From Phoronis australis (lineage: Eukaryota; Animalia; Phoronida), in NCBI GenBank assembly GCA_002633005.1, contig NMRA01000066.1:651199-715198 (forward strand): a DNA stretch of 64,000 nucleotides. Reading direction: 5' to 3'. Shown one piece after another: positions 24,507 through 36,500 of the stretch. The notes beneath the pieces are model-generated. The model was not told the origin of the DNA. It saw only the letters and a list, made by a program, of their open reading frames with translations, and did no database searches. The stretch's first letter is position 1; each line of letters starts with the position of its first letter. The position numbers and the translations under genes were made by a program.

Positions 24507-27500
24507 CTGAAAGTTAAAGAAACAAAGAATTGGAACAAGCTGAAAGCGTATGGATCCAACAGGCATCACATTATCATTGTAAGTTGGTGTCAGTACGGTA
24601 GTGATTAAGATATCAATTCTTTGGTAATGAAAACTATGCCTTTTAAAGTTCGAAATCCATCGTATAGCCATTGTAGTTACCGACAATCAGGGTCTAAATG
24701 ACGTCATTTTATGGTCAATCAAATGTTGACCATCTGTCCTTGCCCAAAGTACTCATGTCAAAACAACGGAATTGACGTCATTATTAACGGGGCACTCAAA
24801 GTATCAACTCACAAGACTTGTATGGGCAATATCACAACGAAGTGATAGAAATATGATTTTTCATATGAGAAGTCTTTCTAACCAGGTGCAACTTTTGACT
24901 AATTCTTTGAAATTATCAATCGAAACTGACTTTCATAATCATTTTAGGAAAATGCAACTAAAATACCTTTGGCCAATTTTTGAAATACATTTAGCGCTAC
25001 CTTTGCCGCGAAATCGCACCCTTAACATTTTCAAACGCGAATTACCAATTGCTTAAACTGACTTTGTCCTTATTGATCATTTTAGTGGTATAGATTTTTG
25101 TTTTCTCTGATGTTTGTGCTTGTAAGTCTACAGACAAAACCCCAAGGACCCTCCGAAAGGTGGGGCGGAAGACGGGTCCAACCACACTGATGTAACGCAT
25201 CGACATAGGTCAATGAGATCGATTACAGCAACACAACAGCGTACTTGTACATGTACATGTAGCAAGACACTGAAGAACGTCAGTGGGCTGAAGATACAAG
25301 ATACACCAAGGCAGGATAAAGTGTCTCTGGAGGACTGCAAGGCAGCTCTTGGATGCAATATCCAGTGAGACGGCAGAGAAACTGAGTCAGGAAACGAACC
25401 ACAGCCCCGAAAACCTCAAGTATAAGCAACCGACGCATTGGCGGAGAATGATGTCACGTCGGTTGTGACACAATTTCTTCGGTTGTTGACGTAATACACT
25501 ATTCCACATATCGGATAGGATATGTCTTAATCCTCAGTTTCCGTTGCGGCTGTGGGACTCAATTATCTCATGAATCGCCTCTCTCATCACACGGAAAACC
25601 AATCCTCCAAAACACTGCTGAGTCATAGTTATATCCACAGGCAGGGCAACGTTGTTGATAAACCCTACTTTTAAGCGCCTGCTTCGTTTCCCCCAACAAA
25701 GGACGGTGCACATTCGCTTTTCGTTCAGTGTAAAAGACAAACCACCAAAAGGAACGAATGTGCAGGGCCCTATGTTGGGGAAACGGAACAGGCGCTTAAA
25801 AGCAGGGTTTATATAAACACCGTCGCCATACCTATGGGGATAACTATGACGCAGCAGTGTTTATTCACCTTGCGCATCAGACCATGACTTTTTTCTGAAA
25901 AATGTGGTGATCCTTGATACTGAGGAGGATTGGTTTCCCCTTGGTGTGAGAGAGGCGATTCACGAGAGAATTGAGTTCCCCAGCTTCAACAGACACTAAG
26001 AACTAAGACAAAACCTATCAGCTATGTAGAATAGTGTACTACGTCATCAACCAAAGAAAGTGTCACAACCCGTGATAAAAATGTCCACCAGTGTCGACAC
26101 GCCAGCACTTCGGGTTCAGAAGATCTGTAAAAATCTCCGAGATGGGAACGCTACGTTTTTATTAGTATGCCGTTTGTTTGTGTTGAAGAAGTTTGGTTGT
26201 CTTTAATGGAAGACCATTGTAACACCTTCCACACTGTTTCCAGTTATGCATAGCATTAAAAACTTATTTATTCCGAAAGATCGAACATTGTTCATAATCG
26301 GGTCTCTATTGCGGTGACACTTCCAAAATTACGTAGGTGTGGGAAGCCGGGTGACAAGGGGGCAAACAACCTCTCGACCAAAATATCGGAAGGTGAATGT
26401 ACGTTTTCGACCCCAAATATTCCGGATAGTAATGAGTATCGATTAATTATTCAGTTTCGACACGCAAAATAACATTGAAAATAGAACACTCTCCACCACC
26501 ATGAAATTTTTCCTACGCCTATGTAACAAAGCAGTGATTAAGGCAATATTACACGAGTAATTAATTTTTTTCAAAGACAGAAATGTCTGCTGACCATTTT
26601 TGCAAGATGAATAATAAAAAAATGGAGCATTTCACTAAAATCTTTCACGCCTATTTTAAAAACGATTTTTGGATTGAGAATAAGGCTCCATTCGGTAAGT
26701 AATTTAGATAGTTATACTTTTGTTAATTAATGAAACTTCATCATCTCGGTATAATTTTTTAACGCTACTAAGTCTGCAAGTGATGATAAAGGGCTATGTC
26801 GTTTTGGTCGTCTGACCATCTCAACAAAGCAAAACACAACTTGAACGCATGGTGCTGGAGAATCACTTCGAAAATCGAAATGTTGCCCAGCAACTTTCAC
26901 CCACATGGAAATTGCGACAATCCACAGACAGTTGAATTCTTGCAGTTCAATGGTTTTTAATAACATACCAAAATATTGACAATTTTAAATTCATTTTGTT
27001 GGGGACAGGGATGTTTGCAAACTTCAAACTAAATCAAATCAATTTAACTGCGGTAAACTTTCCTATCGAATCAGTAAGTGAATTTCAATATTAAAAAGTG
27101 TTACACTACAAATAAAATCCTACATCTTAATTTTCAAAGTCAGCACTGCAAGTGGCGTTAAAAGGAAGGGGTGCTGATGTAACTTACCACACATACATTC
27201 TCTTCTCTGGGCAAAGAACCAGATCGTCTTTCTACCGTGTGGAGTCCCACGTCTGCATCTGCCTCGGGCAAGAAAGGTGACGTCGCGCGTTTGACATTTT
27301 CCCAGAGGACTGAAGTTGCACACAGCACTGTAGAATGGTCAAAACATTACCTGGGACAAGATTACATTATCTTTTCTATGTTAAGGTGCAGGTTAAGAAC
27401 ATTTGACGTTTTTGATACAGACCAGCATCCTGTTTTGTGTATTTTATTAGTTGACTGTGGGCAATAACATTCAGGTGACTGAGATTTCAGAAAATTTGAG

Positions 27501-30500
27501 AAGTCCTTCCGACTTTTAATTTTTTTTAGAGAGGGACAGCGAAAGGCAGAGCGATATGGGAAGGAGGTGGAGGGGATGTAGACGGGGGGGGGGGAGAGGA
27601 AGCAGGGAAATTCTTATTATTCGACATCTGCTACCATCTCTAAATGTCATGACCAAATCTGTCCAATATGATGTCATCAGGTTATTGAATACCTTTCCGG
27701 ATAAAGTCAAAGAGGCAAAAACATTGGCTGCAGTAGATTAACTTTGCCGGATCCGCCTGTTAATATCTGGATAAGACATCTGATTGACGGTGTTTTTGCC
27801 TGTTGATCCAGCTCAACAAGTAAAATCCATCAAGTGTACCTAGTTTGTATATCCCAATGAACTGGCGTTTTCAACTGAAGGCCACGTCGTGTGCATCCAT
27901 GAAAAAATACACGGAATGCCCTGAAGAAGTACGAGTATGCTTGGATATGGCCCAAGTCTTCAGGCACTAACAGCCACCTTTACAGTTCACAGTGTTTTAC
28001 AAAACGTTCTCCCACTAGCAAATAATCGACACTCCTATGAGCGAGAACCTGTGAAAGGGTTGCGATTGTGACTGTGGCTTACACTGTTGTGTGGACTAGA
28101 CTTAAAAATCCATTACGACTGACCTATTCATTTCTAATTCCTAATAATTTAAGACGATTACTAGATGACAATGTTAACAACCAACATGAGTGCAATTGTG
28201 AGGCCTTCAGAAACGTACACAATTCTTGGTGAGTTTTTGTTTTTAAGTAATGACGCGATTGAGTTGTATAACGATGCCTGGGCACGCCAGAACCAAGTAC
28301 TCCATTTTGACCTTAACAGAGAATTTCCATCAAGGTTTATTTTTTCTACTTGAAAGTGATGAAGCAAATTTTTTCTTTTTCTCTGCTTATGAGCCATTCC
28401 AGTTGAGGTTCATGAGTTCACATAAATTTCGAGAACCGAAGGGTTACAATCATTGCACTGTCATGGCACTCATCGCCTACTGTAGGTCTGATAAATGTGT
28501 TTCATATAATGTACCTCATGATAAATGTGGGTTTCATATCGAGAGTCGCAGTATGTAAATGATCTTACGACCAGCCTCGAAACCTACATGTAATGACTTA
28601 TATTCATTCTATTCGTGCTTTATTAGAAAAATGTTTCTAAATAAGAATGAACACCCACTTACTTTTTCGGACGACACACTGTGTTCTTTACAGGCCTAGT
28701 GTAATATACGCCTCTGTATGACCGTGAATAGTAAGTCCGCTTTTTACACGGACGGGCAGGTTCATGCCAATTATGTTGTCGCTTCTGAAGCTTCTCTTGC
28801 ACCTCTTCCTCCATGTTTGTTTCTTTAGCTGTCAAATCGTCAGCAAACGTCTCCTCGGTGTTTCTTATGTCGAAGTCACCTAGTCCAACCTGAGCGTCAT
28901 TCGTGACATCATCTGCACGCGCGTACGCGTACAGGCATACCAGGATTAGGGCAAGGAATGCCTGTAAGTTCAAATATCACGCTTAGTTACTAACACTCAG
29001 TTGTCATGTAAATGAGCCTTGTTCAGATCACTATTCATAGAGGGCTATAACAATAAGTGACACTATTTGCTAACGTCACTTCCTCAATTCATTCCTTGCT
29101 GGCAACCACCAGCATGACACGCACATGCACACTACAGGTCTTTGCAACAAAACGTATACCTTAATGGCTAAGAATATCTTGTTATACCAGACGATATTCC
29201 ATTTGCACCTGTAAAGTAGTTATCAACCACGTTCCATTCTCCAAAACAAATTTCTAGCAATTTCAGAAATATTACATTTACGAAACGGCGTGATTGTCTT
29301 CTTGCTTTATGTCAGAAGTGAAATTGGTTTTAAAAATTCATTTAGACAAATCAAACGTTCCAGAACATTTCGAATTTGATCTGAGACATTCAATCCGTGA
29401 ACAGGAAATTATTTAGCCGGGACAGATGCAATAACAACCTGACAGTTCTTCGTGAGTCCAAAGATCTCTTCTAAATTGTGTACGAATTAAGATGAGAAGA
29501 CCATTTTTATACGGGCAAATGACTTGAATCAGACAGTGTTTTATTACAAAAAAGTTAAAACATGAATTTAATGTCACTTTGACATCCTGAATCCTTAATC
29601 CCACCTTTTCGACTAGCTCGTGTAATTAGTTAATTATTTTAAAAACTATAGATTTTAACTTAGTAAAAGTGTACATTTTCTGAAAGAATTTGATGCTTGA
29701 CCTTTTTAACAAACTGACATTAATTGGGTAACGTGACCACGTCTACTGTCTTTTGGTAAAATTGAACAAAACAATTGCATCGATAACGTAATACGAAGGC
29801 CCACACGTGCCATGAAAGAAATTGAATCTGCTAACACGGTTTGCCAGTCTGTTCATAAGGATTGCCAATCTATTCATAAGGATTGCCAATCTGTTCATAA
29901 GGATTGCCAATCTGTAATTACGGATTTCTGATCTCTTAATAAGGATTTCCAAGCTGTATTATGGATTGGCAATTGGTTGGTTTCGACCAGTGACTCATAC
30001 GCAGAGCATTGTAGTGGAAGTGCCATCGACCTTTGAGAATCGTGTTGACTTAAGACAGAGATTTGACAAACTTTGTAGATTTAAAGCACATGCTATAGCA
30101 CTTTTATAAATATTTTATATGTATGTTACAAGTTTTAATTTCGATATTGAAATAGTTAAACATTCTACGCACTAATTTTGTTTTGTATGCTCTCGTTTTT
30201 GTTGCAGTTTGTTTCCTGGGAAAAAGGACAAGTTCCCTCTCTTTGTATTTAACTTATTTCAATCAGTTAAATACAAACATCTAGATCTAGATTCATCAGC
30301 CACCTATATTCCATCGTAGCGATTTGAAAAAAAATATGTGCCTGTACATGATTTGCATTTTGTTTCTTTAAAACCGCATGCTGCGCCATCTTTCTTTTGG
30401 TCAATGTTTTGCACAAAACCATTCGTATTTGTTTCTTTTTAATACGAAGTGTTAGCGTTCCTAATTAGACATAAAATCATGGACCGAATGGTGTTCATGC

Positions 30501-32999
30501 TTTGCTAGAACACGAACTGATGTTATTCTAATTTGATGTTAGTGATTTCGGCATTACCTAGACTACTTGGCACTGCACGGGGCTTTAAGGGGCGTGATTA
30601 CCTTGTTGTCTTATGTCAAAAGTGAAATTGGTTATAATAATTCATTTTCTAACTCAGTACAATTCTTGTCAGCATTGTGCATTTGCATATATTCTTTTCC
30701 AACGTTTCGACAAAAAGCACTTCACCATTCCCAACGAAAATATCCAACCACCACAGCATGGTCAGACGTATCACGAACAATAGCTCACTTGCGAGTTTCT
30801 CGCTAGTCACTGTGACGTCACCGCAAAGGGGGCAAAACCCGCCATATTGCTCTTGTTTTGCCCCGAGTCTTTGCTACACACGCTAAAACTTACTGGAGTT
30901 CTTATGGTGAATTTTACGCTTAAAACGTTAAAACAACTTAAGATATGGTAGATGGGTCGTGGAATAACTGTGAATAGACGAAGAAAATGTGACCTTGTTA
31001 TGTTGTGNAGGCTCTCCTTATTAGCTAGGGTTTCACTGATTCTGGGGTCGGTTGAGCTCACCCTTTGGGGATATCTTTGACCTCTGCATGAAACTACTTT
31101 ACAAGGGACCTTTGGTTTAGTTGTTCGTGTTACTTGTAACCATTCTTGAGGTGGTAGGAAATTTTTCTTGAAAGTGGTGAAGTGAATTTCATGGAAACGT
31201 TGAACATGTATGTATGTAAATTCACGATGCTAACAACAATTATGCTGAGTTTTCTAATTTTACTAATGTGACCCAAAACAACTATCGCTAATAATTCATT
31301 TTGACAAGTCAAACGTGCCGGTACATATCAAATTTGATCTGAGACATTCAGTTCGTGATCTGGACATTAATGGACCTAGTATGAATCAATAACAACTTGA
31401 CAGCTCTTTGTGAGTCCAAAGATTTCTTCTAAGCTGTGTAATAAATAAGATGAGACCATGTTTGTACTAGTAAATGACTTAAATCAGACAGTATTTCATT
31501 ACCAAAAACATTACTTTAAATCAGCTCTAACATCCTTAAACTTTTATCAGACTTTACCGACTGGCCCGTGTAATTATCAAACTACTTGAAAACACATAGA
31601 TTTTAACTCAGTAAAAGTATACATTTTCTGAAAGTAAAGGTAGCGTAGAATTTGATGCTTAAACTTTTTAACAAACTGCCGTGATTTGGGTACAGTATCT
31701 TTTGGTAAATTTGAGCAAGACAGAGATATCAATATCGTAATACGAAACCCCAATAGTGTCATGAAGAAATAAAATTTGAATCTGCTAATACGCTTTTTCC
31801 AATCTGTGAATATGGATTGCCAATCTGTTATGTCGGATTGTCATTCTGTTATTACGGATTGTCAATCACTTATTACGGATTGTCAATCCGTTAATTATGA
31901 TTGGAAATCCGTAATAACAGACTGGAAAACCATATTAACTGATTGGCAACCCGTATTAACAGTTTGGCAAAATGTAATTACAAATTGGTATTCCCTATTA
32001 ACACATCCATTTTTATTTTTTCTTGGCACGAATGGGCCTTCGTATACCCTTCCATACTCTTTATGTTATTTCTGATTTTCCTGTGTACAGTTGTAAAGCA
32101 AACTGCCAACAAAAGAAGTAAAAATATTACCCTCAGGCACATGGTAAAATGAACGTGGTGGAAGTGAAATCAACGGTGAAATAAACAATGTCAGAGAATG
32201 TGAATAAAAAACGGCAGAGGTCTAACTGAACACAACCATCGTGCAGTAAGCTGCTTATTCAGCACAAATTTTGAGACTAATTAATAGAGGCTAAAAATCT
32301 GAAACCGAAATGGGTCATTTTATACAAGCGAGAAGTCGTGTTGCTTGTTATCTCGTTCTATTTATTTTCCAGCCATGTTGGTGTAAAATGATCTTGAATG
32401 GACACACCTTTCAAATGCAAGGACAACTGTCGGGATAGAGAACATAACGTGCGTTCAATGTAACGCTATTCACAAGAATGAATACGAAAACATTTATCCA
32501 TAAGACTTGTGAATTCTCATTAACAACATTACATTTGGCCACTGGTCGCAATCGTTACCAACATGGGTTGTTCCTCATGACAAGGTTACGAGACTTTATA
32601 TTGTGATAGTAAATAAGTACATTCCGTCTATCACCTGGTTTGTTGTTGTCTCTTGCGATCTTTTTCAGCGCATATTTGTCTATCAGATAATCATTTTATA
32701 TGTTGTTGTTATAGTACACATTATTAATGGTGCTGCCGCTTGGTTTAATGCCAACATGAGAGTCAAACCTAGGTACGAAAGTCCTGATGTTATTATCAAC
32801 AAACGAATTAGTGTAACAATTGTTAAATAGAACTTTTTATACGACATATGGCAAGCTATGCCTACCCCTTTTAAAACGAATGAGGAAAGGTGAGAGGCAT
32901 TTGATAACAAATTAAAAATTGAAACCAAAAACACAGTATATAGATTGCGTTCTATATCAATACACTGAGAACAAGTTGTTTACTTACAAACTTTTTCAT
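24310..32999 (-). CDS. Copy 1: secreted cystine-knot (NGF/Spaetzle-like) + 2x antistasin-like precursor, 215 aa
   Basis: Exons 32999-32988 (MKKF), 28961-28663, 27327-27188, 24506-24310; GTAAGT donors and CAG acceptors, phases 0/2/1, 648 nt open. MKKFAFLALILVCLYAYARA-DDV...LQKR-QHNWHEPARPC...TVCRPKNAVCNFSPLGKC...GRC...ECMC-EKQCPPVCEIFCPCG...GCPTCRCRKCGSHGN*. An N at 31008 lies in intron 1. Confidence 0.88.
25430..26160. mobile_element. Inverted pair of Penelope-like (GIY-YIG C-terminal) fragments in copy 1 intron 3
   Basis: + strand ~25910-26040 reads ILDTEEDWFPLGVREAIHERIEFPSFNR, like PLE GIY-YIG tails; ~25450-25715 is the inverted homologue of ~25770-26085. Confidence 0.6.
27188..27327 (-). 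CDS. Copy 1 exon 3 (cystine-knot core)
   Basis: AVCNFSPLGKCQTRDVTFLARGRCRRGTPHGRKTIWFFAQRRECMC; 140 nt in all three copies. Confidence 0.9.
28663..28961 (-). CDS. Copy 1 exon 2 (signal peptide, acidic propeptide, start of knot)
   Basis: ttacag acceptor; AA|GTAAGT donor. The track's TTG start and TAA stop are intronic. Confidence 0.9.
29790..29975. mobile_element. Partial MITE (TACGAAGGCCCA terminus) with 21-bp tandem repeats
   Basis: tacgaaggccca end followed by aggattgccaatctgttcata units; same family as 31741-32044 and 43898-44265. Confidence 0.6.
31741..32044. mobile_element. MITE with tacgaa...ttcgta termini (Tc1/mariner-like TA ends) and internal 21-bp repeats
   Basis: tacgaaaccccaatagtgtc ... 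gcacgaatgggccttcgta; internal (cggattgtcaatc...)n. Confidence 0.65.
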
Positions 33000-33512
33000 C
33001 TTGACCGCACGGCAGAATGAGATAAAGTACAACACATATCCTTCACAACCCCCTTGTTTGTATGCAAGTACATGCGAGATCGCGATGTCATGACCTTGTC
33101 ATAACCTCAGTTTTGTTCTGCAACGCGGAACACTTCATTTTAAAAAGTCACAAATTTCATTTTTTGATGTTCCTTACATACCGGAAAGAAAAGGTAATTT
33201 ATGTCGAGAAAATTCACTTGTCCATAATGAATGAACCAGCCTAGATTCCCTGGCTCCTTTTAAAAAGTCTGCAGACCTTGGCGTCCAGTTTAACCATGCT
33301 GTGTCTCATTAAAACCGTGAATATTCGAATTCGTAACAAGCCCACCAAGTGATTTCCTGGAGAACTGTTTGTCCAAGTATAATCGGGTAAAGAGAGTTTT
33401 CTAAATAAATTGTAGTCTTAAAGAAAACGCCACTACTGATACACTTTATAAATGAAATAAACAAATAATAAAAACTATGCCTCGTTTCATTAGGGTAGAG
33501 TCAATGCTGTAT

Positions 33513-33533
33513 GGAATTTCCCAGGGTTTTCCT
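33513..33533 (-). promoter_or_regulatory. Paired kB-like sites ~515 bp upstream of the copy 1 ATG
   Basis: GGAATTTCCC (=GGGAAATTCC) at 33513-33522 and GGGTTTTCCT at 33524-33533; not preserved in copies 2 and 3. Confidence 0.3.
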
Positions 33534-36500
33534 GTGTCGTCCTAAGAAGTTTTCACTGCTAAAGACGTAAAATATTATGATGCTTAATGTTGTCCAAGGT
33601 GACGGCAAACTGAAATTACAGAACGAATGCTTTAGTTGTGGTCACAGTAAGGAGTGTCGGCCGAGTAGTCAGACTTCAGTTGTCGGTGGCCTTCAGGTTC
33701 CATACATACTAAGATCTTGTACAGACTTAACTATAGAGACATTTTAAGTGGATCTGTTTCGATGCAGAGTGCTGCAGGAAAATTAGGATACCTACCCGTT
33801 TATGGAATAATTGAATGTAGAAATTCATGATAATTTCCACATCATTGTTCCAGAACATAACAGAGAATGTTTTTATTATTCGTTTCTTTCACTACCAAAT
33901 AACGATTTCGTCATATTTGGAACTACTAGGATTTTTTGTTCCATTTATTTTCAGTGTATCAGTTGTGGTGCTGTTTAAACCGCGATTTATTTACTGCACA
34001 TACTAGCTGGAACCTGTGCTCTGCACGATTACCAGCTTGTGTAAGGGAATCAGCTTTAGCCGGGTTTACTCTACACATAGGAAGTTGCCCTGGTGATACA
34101 TGCATGAGGAAACAAAAATATCACCTAAAAGGTGTGGTGTTATCAATGCTTTTAAGTATTATTTGCTATTGCCATCCAACTTTTTGTTTATCGCATTTCA
34201 TTCTTTGTCGAAAGTCCGTTTTTATAGTTATTTCACTGCACACAAATGTGATGTCGGTAACACCACAAAGTACAAACCTCAAATTCTCACGTACAGATCT
34301 ATATGTGAATGTGTGTTTCGCGTGTTTAGCTGTAGCGAACAAAGTCTTCACGGACAATCAAATTAGCTTGGTGCTGTTCCCATCACATTAGATTTTTGTT
34401 GGATCGTTGTGCGAACATAATGTGGAAAAGAGAAGTGCAGTGGCCATGGAATATAGAATATAGCAGCTTCCGCGGAACACATGCCTCACACTTTGTTGTC
34501 TTCCAACAAATGGAGTCTAACCACACACCTCTTTCAACGTTTCCAGTACCTGGCCCTGTATTGCACGCAGATATTCAAATGATGTTCCATTGGGTTCATG
34601 GAGGTTTTGTGCACTAATCATGATCGTAGGCAGTAAAGTTCAAAGACCTTCGCCCAATAAAATTTTTTGCTTCCTAATTTCCATTTATGAAGATGAAGTT
34701 TTCAACTAATAATCGATATTTTTAAATAATTATTTACAAAAAGGCATTTCTAATCTTGTGTTGTTGTTTTCGTAGTAACCGGTGGCTGTAGAAGAGAAAA
34801 GAAAAACAACGATCAAATATACTTGGAGCCATAATACATCAGTGTTCTCCACGACCAGTTTTAGCTCGTCACTTCATCAGGGTAGCCTTCAATAATGCTA
34901 TTTTAGGTTAATAGACAGCGCACAACAAGAAACGTTGTGCACTGACACCTGTCCTTTAGAATTATTTGCTACAAGTGACTGATTGCTAAAGTTTAATAAC
35001 TGTCAATTCCACGTCATGAGACAATACACAATAGAGAAACTTTCATTACACCAGACGTTCACTCATTTGGGATTCATTTATTCATATTACTGAATGCACT
35101 CTGGCGTTCAGACACTTGCATTAATTTTACATAAATATGTACGATGTCCCATAAAGTATCGGTAAATAAAAAAGTGTTACAGAAATACAGTCAATTCATT
35201 TATCCCTTATATGTGAGAATACAGCCATTGAATACGCCGTGAAATATACCATTGAATACGGAAAGTGAAGCCAGTAAATTTACATTGTTCGAGACCTTAT
35301 TTCTCGGTTGGTTTAGAGTCTCCTGGTGAAGTAAATTCATGTGTACGACGGCAAATTTTGATTGGGCTCGTTCCTTTGTTCTATTTAAAAATAGTACGAC
35401 GCGTCGTTCTTGAAAAAGTAGCAACTACAACTCTAAAACTATGAACTTTCAGCAAAGAATACTTATGAAAACTGCTACGCACAGTGATCAGCTGGCTAAT
35501 TTTAGGCTTCGCTAGTTTTAAGCTGGTTCATCATCAATATGTAAATGAACTACATGACGGCCCCAACAAAAACAGGCAAACATCTAATTCAAATCAAACA
35601 AAAAATTTTTGTTATTAACGCATACAGTATATCTACACTGAGAACTTTTAAGTTTAAAAATATATGCAGGAAATTGCGACCTAATATCTAGACAGGCGAT
35701 GAAAGCCAACTCGCTGGTTCCCTGCGTGAAGAGAACACACGCAGGTACTATTCAGTAGCACGCACTTCATCACTGGTTGATGTAACCTCGGCAGTCATTG
35801 GTTAGCTTTGCAACAAAGTGGGAAAGTGGCGGACTATGAACGATTTTTAGCCTTGTCATGCAATTGGCGTAGCAGCAACTATTTCGTTTCAGCAGTAATG
35901 TTTAATAGCCGCTTGCTTGAAACACTGTAAAATAAACACGCATCTGGCCGATTTAACCGGTGTGTTATTCATACTGTATGAATACAGAACAGCAACGTAA
36001 ACAAAAGTCAGCAACAGTACAAAGATGCACTCCGAAAAGGCGCAAACGCAATTTTCTGGTATTCACATTTCTTGAACATGAATGTTAAGCACCGATTTGT
36101 CAGTAAAACAGATAACCTTAATTTACACTTCCTCCATCAGTCATGCCAGTTAGTTTGCGTCAAGCGCTATCTTTTGAGAATTTGACCAGCCAATCAGTAA
36201 GGCCGGGGTAAGAAAAATTCTCGAGGAAAATTAAATGATACCTGCGTGATGGCTACCACCTAGCGGCAGGCAGGGAACAAGCGAGTGAAAGCCAATGGCT
36301 CCATGTATGACGTCACCACAACCTGGGCCCATCTCATCAATTGCACCCCTTGCCTTTGCCTATTGATACTCATTACCAACAAACATGAAACATTACATAT
36401 TAAAAAGCACCACCATGATTATAGAACACACAGAATTTCACGAAGACTGGAAATGTTATTTTTTCTTTCGGCTTCTGTGTTTACACTTGGCGACGTCAAT

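Noticed and set aside
24280-24510. Plus-strand ORFs repeated at 39985-40248 and 55667-55930
   Set aside because: Antisense shadows of the Cys-rich exon 4
28161-28397. ORF with SKWSTWFWRA shared with 59370-59609
   Set aside because: Duplicated intron 2 sequence; stop codon in the copy 2 equivalent and no good donor
28659-28973. Single-exon ~104-aa antimicrobial-peptide precursor with a 2-Cys hairpin (also 43482-43799 and 60003-60314)
   Set aside because: The TAA is part of a phase-2 GTAAGT donor, the TTG starts in copies 1 and 3 are intronic, and conserved in-phase exons follow. Only an intron-retention isoform would give this peptide and there is no evidence for one.
31776-32075. Heptad-repeat ORFs (ITDCQSV / NRLAILM), also 29743-29952 and 43826-44191
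   Set aside because: Translation of 21-bp tandem repeats inside a MITE
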